From Dehalococcoidales bacterium (GTDB taxonomy: Bacteria; Chloroflexota; Dehalococcoidia; Dehalococcoidales; RBG-16-60-22), in assembly GCA_034430675.1 (NCBI GenBank), contig DAOUEB010000048.1, forward strand, positions 1 to 55,287: DNA of 55,287 nt. The letters run 5' to 3'. The notes beneath the pieces are model-generated. The model searched no databases. It was not told the DNA's origin and was given only the letters and a program-made list of their open reading frames with translations. Shown here piece by piece: positions 44,248 through 52,817 of this stretch; position 1 is the stretch's first letter, and each line of letters begins with the position of its first letter. The position numbers and the translations under genes were made by a program.

Positions 44248-45297
44248 TTACCTCTGTCCGACCTCACAATAGAATTCGGGTATAATGTTCCAGCCAGCCC
44301 CCCATTCATCGGAGTCGCCGGAAATCAGGCGGTAGCTGCCGCCGGTTATTTCTATGATATAGGTTTCGGCGGAGCCGCCTTCAATGTTAAATAAAACTAC
44401 GCCGGTCTCGATGCTGAGGACCTGGTAATCGGGCGTTTTTTCCGCTTCAAGTGTATTGGCCATGTAGACCTTCATGTTGAGGTACTGGTACGCCTTGAGG
44501 AGTTCGGCGGTGTTGGTCAGGTAAAGCTTTACCAGCAGGTCGCCGGTATAATCCTCGTGCGGGGTGATGTCATACAGGTGACCGTGGGGTACTTCACCCT
44601 CGGTAATAGAGAACTCGTAGCTGACCGCGACATAGACCTGGGTGCAGAGGGCGGGTTTCGTTTTTTTATTGCCCTTCATGGTGACCCCGGCCTGTAATTC
44701 ATTTATTTCTTCCGATGTCCACGGTTCACCGGTGTCAGGGTTGGTGGTGCACTGCCATGACTCGGTCACAAAATCAGTGCCGGAATAAGTTAATGTAGGG
44801 CCTTCATAGACCTGGCCATTGGTCTTGAGGGCGGCCATGGCTTTGACATTGTAGCCTCCGCCAGCGGCGTAACGGAAATAAACGGTAATACCGGTTATCG
44901 TTTCCTCGCCGCCGACTCCTGTATAGTTACTGAGGTTGTACAGGTCTCTCTCCCAGTGTTTGGATGTTAAGGTGGATACGTAGGTATCACCGTCATCGGC
45001 GGTGGGCTGGTCATCCACTTTGTCCCAGTGTTCATCGGAAGCGGGGTACTGGGTGGGCAGCTCGGTATCATCGCCAGCGGCAACCGGTACAAGGGTTTCG
45101 GTATTAAACTCACCCTCGGGCAGGATGTTATTCCATAGAGGCTGATTGTCTGATGGCTGGTAGGTGGTCCAGACGCCGTCAGCCAGAGTAACATCCAGTG
45201 TTGTTGTGCCGATATTGGTATAGGTGTAAGCGAAGGTACCGGTGGTCAACACCAGGGCGAGTAATACCATTCCTATAAAAACCAGTTTCTTTTTCAT
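44248..45297 (-). CDS. Secreted protein with a SipW-cognate-like signal peptide; paralogous C-terminal domain
   Basis: MKKKLVFIGMVLLALVLTTGTFAYTY signal. The C-terminal ~110 aa align with the neighbouring 251-aa protein and end in EFYCEVGQR. Confidence 0.6.
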   Translation of the reverse strand: MKKKLVFIGMVLLALVLTTGTFAYTYTNIGTTTLDVTLADGVWTTYQPSDNQPLWNNILPEGEFNTETLVPVAAGDDTELPTQYPASDEHWDKVDDQPTADDGDTYVSTLTSKHWERDLYNLSNYTGVGGEETITGITVYFRYAAGGGYNVKAMAALKTNGQVYEGPTLTYSGTDFVTESWQCTTNPDTGEPWTSEEINELQAGVTMKGNKKTKPALCTQVYVAVSYEFSITEGEVPHGHLYDITPHEDYTGDLLVKLYLTNTAELLKAYQYLNMKVYMANTLEAEKTPDYQVLSIETGVVLFNIEGGSAETYIIEITGGSYRLISGDSDEWGAGWNIIPEFYCEVGQR

Positions 45298-45348
45298 TTG
45301 TCCTTTTACCGTTTGCCTTTGTCGAGAGTAAGGTTTTTTCTTTAGTGG

Positions 45349-45383
45349 GGTAGGGTGGCGGTGCTGAGTCCTGCCACCCTACC
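45349..45383 (-). terminator. 11-bp-stem hairpin between the two secreted-protein genes
   Basis: ggtagggtggc (45349-45359) and gccaccctacc (45373-45383). There is no U-tract on the coding (minus) strand. Confidence 0.3.
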
Positions 45384-45398
45384 ACCTATATCAGAGTA

Positions 45399-46154
45399 TT
45401 AGAGTCCTTTCTGGGCTACTTCACAGAACAGCTGCGGAGAGCCGGTGCCAACCACGGCACCAGAGCCCTTGGCATGGGTGATGTAGAAACCGCTCTTAAT
45501 ACGGACGGTCATGTTGGCTGTAACAGGCGGGAACATATCTACCGAGCCGTTCTTCAGGTTGAGCAGGACCCATTTGGCGCCGTTCCCGCCGCTGATGTCA
45601 AGAGGAACACTAGGAGCAGCTGAATTCACCACTTCCAGCTGCATAGAGAGCACGCGGTACTCATCCGACAGTTCGGCGGCATTACCGATACCGACGCTTA
45701 CAATCAGGTCGCCGGCATAGGTGCCAGCGTCGACGTAGAACAGGCTGGTGTTTGCGGTCATTTCTCCTTTCACGTTACCGTGAGCAGTCCAGCCGGTTAA
45801 GGTTGCGTTTACCGCAGTGACATCGGCGAAGTTTTCGGCGGTCGTGGTGGCGCTCATCGTAGTGGTGGCGTTAATCCAGCCGAAGGCGAAGACGCCGCCG
45901 GTGACGGCCAGTGCCAGGAGCAGAGCTCCAACCAGGTAGGGTACCTTGGTTCTGGAGACGGCGAAAGTGAGTTTATCGTCGTCGTTGAGCACCGTATCAA
46001 GTTCGGCGCTCGATTTGACCTTGCTGCCATTCAACTTTGTTTTGGCTTTATCCGGGATGCCAAATTCTGACTTGAATGCCTCGCGAGCCTCGCTTACTGT
46101 CTGGCCAGCCAGGTCGGTTACTTCGTATTGGTCACCATATCTAATTTCGACCAT
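45399..46154 (-). CDS. Protein with an N-terminal ubiquitin-like (beta-grasp) domain, a signal-anchor and a secreted paralogous domain
   Basis: Residues 1-70 fit a ThiS/MoaD/YukD-like pattern (VEIRYGDQYEV ... KLNGSKV ... LNDDDKLTFAV). Then comes the TM helix LVGALLLALAVTGGVFAFGW. The protein ends in QLFCEVAQKGL. Confidence 0.55.
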   Translation of the reverse strand: MVEIRYGDQYEVTDLAGQTVSEAREAFKSEFGIPDKAKTKLNGSKVKSSAELDTVLNDDDKLTFAVSRTKVPYLVGALLLALAVTGGVFAFGWINATTTMSATTTAENFADVTAVNATLTGWTAHGNVKGEMTANTSLFYVDAGTYAGDLIVSVGIGNAAELSDEYRVLSMQLEVVNSAAPSVPLDISGGNGAKWVLLNLKNGSVDMFPPVTANMTVRIKSGFYITHAKGSGAVVGTGSPQLFCEVAQKGL

Positions 46155-46320
46155 TGTTCTTGTTCCTCCTTAGTATTTGTTAATTAGTTTAAGTTTGACT
46201 GTTTATCTTGCCGGTAAAGTCGGCGGTTCTCCTGCCTGCCCGGACAGCTAGAGTTCCGACCGACTTATTTTTTTCTTCATCTACATACGCAACCTCCCTT
46301 TCATACAAGATTGCCATTTT

Positions 46321-47109
46321 TCAGGTCAGTTCACCTATAAAGGATTTTAAGCGTTCCATTAAAGAGTCTTTGAACTCGTTGAATTCTGCTTTGGTAACGT
46401 ATTCGGCGGCTTTGCCGCCCTTTTTAACCGGGCCGCCGATTATAGATGGCAGGCTTCTCTGGGTGACTTCAATCACGGCCCGGGCCTGTTCATTGCTTAT
46501 CAGCTTGTTCAGCACCAGTCTCAGGTTGCGCCTGATGGTCTCCTCGTTTACATCCAGTTTGGCAGCGACCTGCTCGATGGTATTGCCGGCGGCGATGTTG
46601 GTCAGGACCTGTGTCTCTTTGGGAGTGAGGTTGGCGAGAAGATTATCAATCTGCTCGTTTAAAGCGGCCATGTCTTCAAATTCGGCAAGCACCATCGAGG
46701 CAAGCTCCGGGAGCAGCAGGTCTTCCATAATAGGTTGGCTGCCCTGGGCGACTACCCTGATGATATCGAGAAGATATTCGGGGTCGGTATCTTTGGTAAG
46801 GCAGGCGCTGGCCCCGCTCTTGATGGCGGCGAAGAGATTGTCCTCATCTTTTTTATCCAGTGTCAGAATCACCGATACCGAGGGGAAATTGCGTTTGATG
46901 CGGCGGGTTATCTCGGCGCCGCTGGTCTTGGCATCCTGCATGCTCAGGACAGCGATGTTGGGTGGATTGGATTCAATAAGGGTAAAGGCTTCCTGGTTGC
47001 TGGTGGTCTCACCGATAACCTCAAAATCGTCCTCGCCCGAGAGAATGAAGTGTATGCCTTCTCGGAAGAGAACCTGCGGGTCTGAGAGAAATACTTTTAC
47101 TTTTTCCAT
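46321..47109 (-). CDS. LuxR/NarL-type response regulator with an atypical receiver and a C-terminal extension
   Basis: Receiver-like N-terminus, LuxR HTH (LTPKETQVLTNIAAGNTIEQVAAKLDVNEETIRRNL), then ~55 extra residues. The expected phospho-acceptor position reads AVLSMQD. An alternative start exists at 47133. Confidence 0.65.
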   Translation of the reverse strand: MEKVKVFLSDPQVLFREGIHFILSGEDDFEVIGETTSNQEAFTLIESNPPNIAVLSMQDAKTSGAEITRRIKRNFPSVSVILTLDKKDEDNLFAAIKSGASACLTKDTDPEYLLDIIRVVAQGSQPIMEDLLLPELASMVLAEFEDMAALNEQIDNLLANLTPKETQVLTNIAAGNTIEQVAAKLDVNEETIRRNLRLVLNKLISNEQARAVIEVTQRSLPSIIGGPVKKGGKAAEYVTKAEFNEFKDSLMERLKSFIGELT

Positions 47110-47302
47110 CTTCACAATTCCCTCTATTACCATAAGTACTTGATTACCTAGTTCAAATGTAACATAGATTCATAAAGAAGCGTCTAAGAAATATAAAGAT
47201 TTTATAAAGATGTTGTAAGCTTTTAGTAAAGAATGGAAGGTGGTTTTATGACTGGGGCTGTGGGGCTAATGGCAAGGGGCAACGGAGGGGTTGGGCGGAC
47301 AC

Positions 47303-48001
47303 TTAGTTGCGGGAGGGACGGATAAACTTGTAGCCGATGCCATGCTCGGTGACGATGATGATGGGCGATTCGGCACTGTCTTCCAGTTTCTGCCGGAGGT
47401 GCTGGATGTGGACGCGGAGCAGGTCCCTGGCGTCAACGTAGGTATCTCCCCAGACCTTGGTGAGCAGGCTCTCATGGGAGAGGATGCGTCCCTCGTTCCT
47501 GATCAAGTAGTAGAGCAGTTTTCTTTCGGTGGAGGTGAGCTTTATCGGCTGGCCACTTATCATGACTTCATTGCGGTTAAAATCGACAGATAGCTTGCCG
47601 CTGATGAAGGGGCGTTCCTCATCGGTTACGGCCAGTCCCTGAGCGCGGCGCAGGACTGCCTGCACCCGGGCTATCAGCTCGATGTGGCTGAAGGGCTTGG
47701 TGATATAGTCGTCGGCGCCGAGCTCAAGACCTTTAGCAACGTCGGTATCCTCGCCCCTGACCGTCAGCATGAGTACCGGCACGTCGGCGAAACGGCGTAT
47801 CTCTCTGAGTACCTGGTAGCCGTCTATATCGGGCAGGCCGATATCCAGGATAACAACGTCAGGACTCTCTGCTTCCACGAGCTCTATACCCTTATGACCG
47901 TTGGCGGCGGATATCACCGTGGTACCGCTCCAGCGCAACTGGAAACAGAGGGAGACTACTTCTATAATCCCCGGGTCATCTTCTATAACCAGAACTTTCA
48001 T
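47303..48001 (-). CDS. OmpR/PhoB-type response regulator
   Basis: MKVLVIEDDP, VILDIGLPDIDG, and a winged-helix C-terminus (TVRGEDTD ... LSVDFNRNEV ... LTSTERKLLYYL). I moved the start to ATG 48001, after AAGGAG. Confidence 0.9.
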   Translation of the reverse strand: MKVLVIEDDPGIIEVVSLCFQLRWSGTTVISAANGHKGIELVEAESPDVVILDIGLPDIDGYQVLREIRRFADVPVLMLTVRGEDTDVAKGLELGADDYITKPFSHIELIARVQAVLRRAQGLAVTDEERPFISGKLSVDFNRNEVMISGQPIKLTSTERKLLYYLIRNEGRILSHESLLTKVWGDTYVDARDLLRVHIQHLRQKLEDSAESPIIIVTEHGIGYKFIRPSRN

Positions 48002-48017
48002 TTTGCTCCTTAAACCA

Positions 48018-48731
48018 TTACGTAGGCTGTTTTGTAGCTTGCCGCGGTATAAAGAAGGAGAAAGTGCTGCCTTCACCCGGTTCGCTGTCTACCCAGATTC
48101 TGCCTCCGTGGAGCTCGACTACCTGCTTGGCCAGGGCAAGCCCCAAGCCCAGTCCCGGGTGGCGTCGTGTGTCAGAGCTGAGGCGGCTGTATGGCTTGAA
48201 TATACTTTCTTGCTCTTCCTTGGCGATGCCGATGCCGTCATCATGTACACCTATCACCAGGCCGGTATCCTGCTTCCGTACTCGTACCGTGATGTTGCCC
48301 CCTTCCGGGGTGAACTTGGTGGCGTTGTTCATCAGGTTGAGTAATACCTGCTCCAACCTCTGCCCGTCTCCGTGTATGATGGGGATGGATTCAGGTAAGT
48401 CGGTATTCAGGGTTTGCTGCTTGCCACGGAGCAGCGGGCTGATTTGCATGCATGTGCCGAGAACGAGCGACTTCATGTCCACCGGCTCAAGCTGTAGCCC
48501 TAGCTTGCCGCTGCCCGTCTTGACGATATCCAGCAGTTCGGCCAGTCTTGTCTCCAGGGTATTGGCGTTCTGGATGATGGTTTGAATCAGCTTCTGGTAA
48601 GACTCATCGGCGGTGGTTTCAAGTTCCTCGGCCAGCAGGCCGGCCGCAGCGATAATCGTGGTCAGGGGTGTTTTAAGTTCATGGCTGAGGGTATCGATAA
48701 ACCTCAGCCATTCCTCTCCTTTGGTTTCCAT
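48018..48731 (-). CDS. Histidine kinase core only (DHp plus CA; no sensor or TM region)
   Basis: H-box SHELKTPLTTI at residues ~16-26, N box LLNLMNNATKF, G boxes DDGIGI and GLGLGLALA. Only ~15 residues precede the H-box. Confidence 0.8.
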   Translation of the reverse strand: METKGEEWLRFIDTLSHELKTPLTTIIAAAGLLAEELETTADESYQKLIQTIIQNANTLETRLAELLDIVKTGSGKLGLQLEPVDMKSLVLGTCMQISPLLRGKQQTLNTDLPESIPIIHGDGQRLEQVLLNLMNNATKFTPEGGNITVRVRKQDTGLVIGVHDDGIGIAKEEQESIFKPYSRLSSDTRRHPGLGLGLALAKQVVELHGGRIWVDSEPGEGSTFSFFIPRQATKQPT

Positions 48732-48882
48732 AGGGGCTATTCTTCCTATGCTCTTACCTGGAAGCGATGGATTTAATTAAATGTATCACGTTTTTTATTG
48801 CGTATCAAGTGCCACCGGCTGCTCAGGGATGGCGCAGCTTTCCCTTTCGAGAGGATGATACCCTAATCGGAGTCGGTAGACC

Positions 48883-49269
48883 CTATTTTACCATTCCCTT
48901 GGCGATGCTTTTTAAGAGGCTCAGGATGCCGATGACGGCACGCTGCACCTCAGGTGGCTCTTCCGCCAGCATCCTGGCGACATAGGGGTCTAACTGCCGG
49001 CTGTTGTAGCGTGTGTCGCTTTCTTCGGCTACACCGTGCGTCTGAGGGGAGAGGAAGCCGGCCAGGATAAACAGTTCATCCTCATCAAAGCCCAGGGGTT
49101 TGGCGATTTTGCGCAAAATCCGTGCCGATGGAAAGCGCTCACCCCTCTCGATGCGCCCCAGGTGCGATGAAGACACGCTCGATTCCGATGCGAGTTCCTG
49201 CAGAGTTAACGGGACCGTTATTCTCTGCTGTTTGAGTATTCTGCCCAAATCATTATTTGCGTAATCCAT
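48883..49269 (-). CDS. XRE-family helix-turn-helix regulator
   Basis: LGRILKQQRITVPLTLQELASESSVSSSHLGRIERGERFPSARILRKIAKPLG. I moved the start to ATG 49269. Confidence 0.8.
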   Translation of the reverse strand: MDYANNDLGRILKQQRITVPLTLQELASESSVSSSHLGRIERGERFPSARILRKIAKPLGFDEDELFILAGFLSPQTHGVAEESDTRYNSRQLDPYVARMLAEEPPEVQRAVIGILSLLKSIAKGMVK

Positions 49270-49281
49270 ACTCTTATTATA

Positions 49282-49299
49282 ATTTGCCAATTGGCAAAT
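49282..49299. promoter_or_regulatory. Perfect 18-bp palindrome ATTTGCCAATTGGCAAAT 13 nt upstream of the XRE start
   Basis: Exact dyad symmetry. It lies in the divergent intergenic region between the XRE and FAD-oxidoreductase genes. Confidence 0.55.
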
Positions 49300-49505
49300 G
49301 TCAACCCTTTAAGATACTCGTTCTGGGCAGTCTGTCCATATTTTGGCTTTTTGGTATTGAAAAATAATTTCTTGACGGGCTGGTATACTGACGATATAAT
49401 TATGACGGCCATAAAGGCAAAGTAAAATCGGTTTAAAGCTGAGAGGCGTTTCGCATCGGATAGTCCGTCTCGGCTTTTTCATGTGTCCGGGGGAAATCAG
49501 GCATA

Positions 49506-50894
49506 ATGGCGGAAATTTTTGATGTTATCATCGTTGGAGGCGGCCCGGCCGGTATCTTTGCAGCTTTGGAGCTTACCCAGACCGAAGGACTGAGTATTCT
49601 CCTTATTGAGAAGGGCAAGGATATCAGCCAGCGCCGGTGCCCGGTACGGGATACGGGCGGTGCCTGCGTAGAGTGTCAGCCGTGTAATCTGGTCTGCGGC
49701 CTGGGTGGGGCGGGCGCATTTAGCGACGGTAAGCTGGTACTCGCCTCGGAGGTAGGGGGGCATCTGGGTGAATACCTCGGCGAGGAACACGCGGCCGGCC
49801 TGATTAAATATGTAGATGAGTTGTACCTGAAATTCGGCGCATCCAGGAAGGTTTTCGGCGGGGATGGCGCCATTAACGAAATCAGCCAAAAGGCCAGTCA
49901 GGCCGGACTGCGTCTGATACCGATGCCGGTGCGCCACATGGGGACGGAAAACGGCTTCGCCGTGCTCAAGGACATGCGGGACTACCTCATGCCGCGCCTG
50001 GAGCTAAAGCTCAGCTCGATGGTGACAAAGGTGCTGGTGGATGACGGCATCGTCACAGGGGTGGAAACCGAGGATGGGGAGAGGTTTCTCTGCAAGTATC
50101 TGGTACTGGCGCCGGGGAGGGAGGGGGCCGACTGGTTATCGAACGAGGCCGGCCGACTTAAGTTGACCATGCGTCACAACCCCATAGATGTCGGTGTCAG
50201 GGTGGAAGTTCCGGTTAGGGTGATGAAAGAATTGACCGACGTGCTCTATGAGGTAAAGCTGGAGTACATGTCGCAGAGCTTTAACGACCGTATCAGGACG
50301 TTCTGCATGTGTCCCGCCGGCGAGGTTATCATGGAGTCCACCGGCGGCACCGGACCCGTGGTGACGGTTAACGGGCACAGCTATGCCGGCCGGAAAAGTC
50401 GCAACACCAATTTTGCGCTGCTGGTAAGCACCGATTTTACCAAGCCGTTTCACGAGCCGATTGCCTACGGCAAGTACCTGGCCAAGCTGGCCAATCTTCT
50501 CGGCGGCGGGGTGCTGGTGCAGCGCCTGGGCGACCTTCTGGAAGGCCGCCGTTCCACTCCGGAACGGATTAAAAAAGGACTGGTAAAGCCGACGCTGAAG
50601 AGCGCCGTACCGGGAGATTTGAGCTTCGCGCTTCCCTTCCGTCACCTTACCGGACTGATAGAGATGCTGCTGGCCATGGACAAGCTGACTCCGGGCGTGG
50701 CTTCTCCGGATACCCTGCTCTACGGAATAGAAGTAAAGTTTTATTCCTTCCGTCCGCAGCTCAGTTCCTGCATGGAGACCGAAATCCATAACATGTTTGC
50801 CGTCGGTGACGGCGCGGGGGTCAGCCGGGGACTGGTGCAGGCATCGGCTTCCGGGCTGGTGGCCGCCGTCGAGATAATGAGGAGAATGGAGTAG
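49506..50894 (+). CDS. FAD-dependent oxidoreductase (COG2509-like)
   Basis: N-terminal DVIIVGGGPAGIFAA dinucleotide-binding motif and a C-terminal GDGAG motif. Confidence 0.75.
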   Translation: MAEIFDVIIVGGGPAGIFAALELTQTEGLSILLIEKGKDISQRRCPVRDTGGACVECQPCNLVCGLGGAGAFSDGKLVLASEVGGHLGEYLGEEHAAGLIKYVDELYLKFGASRKVFGGDGAINEISQKASQAGLRLIPMPVRHMGTENGFAVLKDMRDYLMPRLELKLSSMVTKVLVDDGIVTGVETEDGERFLCKYLVLAPGREGADWLSNEAGRLKLTMRHNPIDVGVRVEVPVRVMKELTDVLYEVKLEYMSQSFNDRIRTFCMCPAGEVIMESTGGTGPVVTVNGHSYAGRKSRNTNFALLVSTDFTKPFHEPIAYGKYLAKLANLLGGGVLVQRLGDLLEGRRSTPERIKKGLVKPTLKSAVPGDLSFALPFRHLTGLIEMLLAMDKLTPGVASPDTLLYGIEVKFYSFRPQLSSCMETEIHNMFAVGDGAGVSRGLVQASASGLVAAVEIMRRME

Positions 50895-51139
50895 GGTTGA
50901 AATATCTCAGTATGCGAGTTACCCATCTTGGCAGGACGGCCATGCCGTTTGTTTCCCCTGGGAGCATCCGGCCGATTCAGCAGCCTGATAGCTGCCTTGC
51001 GGTGTAATCCCGTAACCTGAGTAAATTCATCCAACATTTTGCCTTTCTCCTCTTTTGCTGCCCGAAAATATCGTTTTCTTAGTGCCTGTACATATTCCAT
51101 TATGCGGCGTCGTGTCACCTTTACCTCCTTCGGTAACAC
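50895..51139 (-). pseudogene. N-terminal HTH fragment of an IS transposase (truncated remnant)
   Basis: MEYVQALRKRYFRAAKEEKGKMLDEFTQVTGLHRKAAIRLLNR...RHGRPAK resembles N-termini of DDE transposases of the ISNCY/IS1202-like type. The reading frame then runs into the 3' end of the oxidoreductase gene and no catalytic domain follows. Confidence 0.5.
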
Positions 51140-51356
51140 TAATTTTGACGCAACTACCCCTCTTTCGGTAACTTTTATTATGAGTCAATGCGGTGGCTGG
51201 ACTTATCCCCGAAAAGGGAGTAGAATTTAAGAAATGATGAAGGACCAGGGCAATGGCTGATATATGTCAGGCGGTAATGTCCTGTTCACGGGGGTAGAAA
51301 GCAAGAGCACTGGGCTCGGCAGAGTCGGTGCTCTTTGAGTTAAGGAGGTAGCGATA

Positions 51357-51635
51357 ATGCAGTCAAGTCTGATTGGTAAGATTGAAAAAGCCAAGCGCTA
51401 TGCTGAAGAAAAAGACCGGGTTACCTTCTCCGAGCTGGCGGTAAAGTTCCGCGGTGAGAATAACGATTACGATACCAGCTACAAAGACGGCAAGTGGCAC
51501 TGCACCTGCGATTTCTTCTCCAAGTGGGGGCTCTGCGTTCATACCATGGCCATGGAGAAAATCCTGGGAAACATGCTACCCCCGGAAGCCCGCACGACAC
51601 AATATGATGTTTCCAGCCTTTCGACAGAAGGTTAA
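51357..51635 (+). CDS. SWIM zinc-finger protein
   Basis: WHCTCDFFSKWGLCVHTMA matches the CxCx(n)CxH SWIM signature. Confidence 0.55.
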   Translation: MQSSLIGKIEKAKRYAEEKDRVTFSELAVKFRGENNDYDTSYKDGKWHCTCDFFSKWGLCVHTMAMEKILGNMLPPEARTTQYDVSSLSTEG

Positions 51636-51718
51636 CCTGAATACCGGCGAGACCTGTCTCACCGGTAGCAGTCCTCCTGTTTACGGTCCAATACGGAAAA
51701 ACCCGCTCCGGGGAAGGA

Positions 51719-52522
51719 ATGAATTTTCTCGAAAAGCTGGCGCAGGCCAGTAAGAAGAACCGCAGTTTATTATGTGTCGGCCTCGACCCCGACCCTTCGT
51801 TGATGCCGCCGGGCACAGGTGTCTTCCAGTTCAACAGGGCTATTATCAATGCTACGGCCGACCTGGTATGTGCCTATAAACCGAACATCGCCTTCTACGA
51901 GTCAATGGGCAGCGAAGGGCTGGATGTCCTGAAGCGCACGAGGGATTACATACCCACTGATATTCCGGTGATAGTCGATGCCAAGCGCGGGGATATCGGC
52001 AATACGGCCAAAGCCTATGCGTGGGGCCTTTTCGGCTACTTTAACTTCGATGCCACCACGGCCAGCCCTTACCTTGGCTTCGATTCTCTGGAGCCTTTTA
52101 TTCAGTACCGTGACCGCGGTGTCTTTATCCTCTGCCGTACTTCCAACACTGGCGCCGCGGATTTCCAATCGCTCTCATGTGAAACGGACGGCGGCCATAA
52201 AATGCTCTTTGAAATCGTCGCCGAGAAGGTCAACGAGTGGAACACCCACGACAACCTGGGGCTGGTGGTGGGGGCTACCTATCCCGAGGAGTTGAAGCTG
52301 ATACGGCAGAGATATCCGGATATGCCGCTCCTGATACCGGGGGTCGGCGCTCAGGGGGGAGAACTCTCTCAGGTGGTCGGCTATGGGGTCGATGCCGGGC
52401 GGCAGAGGACGATTATCAATTCCTCGCGTCAGATACTCTACGCCTCTGGAGGCGATGACTTCGCCACGGCAGCCAGGCAGGCGGCTAAGGAGCTTAGAGA
52501 CCGGATTAACAGCCTCCTGTAA
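51719..52522 (+). CDS. pyrF: Orotidine 5'-phosphate decarboxylase (type 2)
   Basis: LCVGLDPD, VDAKRGDIGNT, and the PGVGAQGG phosphate-binding loop. Confidence 0.9.
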   Translation: MNFLEKLAQASKKNRSLLCVGLDPDPSLMPPGTGVFQFNRAIINATADLVCAYKPNIAFYESMGSEGLDVLKRTRDYIPTDIPVIVDAKRGDIGNTAKAYAWGLFGYFNFDATTASPYLGFDSLEPFIQYRDRGVFILCRTSNTGAADFQSLSCETDGGHKMLFEIVAEKVNEWNTHDNLGLVVGATYPEELKLIRQRYPDMPLLIPGVGAQGGELSQVVGYGVDAGRQRTIINSSRQILYASGGDDFATAARQAAKELRDRINSLL

Positions 52523-52548
52523 TTCTATATCTATAAGGATAACCTGGA

Positions 52549-52740
52549 ATGGTCCTGGAGATTAATCTCGGCGATGTGGTCCGACTTAAGAAGGTTCACC
52601 CCTGCGGCGGCTACGAGTGGCAGGTGGTGAGGCTGGGCGCCGATATCGGCATTAAATGTCTTAAGTGCGGCCGCCGCGTCCTCCTGGAGAGAAGCGTCTT
52701 CGAGCGCAGAGTGAAAGAGTTTGTTTCGCGGGAAGAATGA
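52549..52740 (+). CDS. DUF951 family small protein
   Basis: [47 protein letters not shown] matches the DUF951 pattern. Confidence 0.6.
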   Translation: MVLEINLGDVVRLKKVHPCGGYEWQVVRLGADIGIKCLKCGRRVLLERSVFERRVKEFVSREE

Positions 52741-52817
52741 TGGCGCATCGCATTATGCGCGTTATCTTTACGGTATAGTGGTATTATTCCCCGCTAACAG
52801 TTGTCTCCTCGGCGGCT

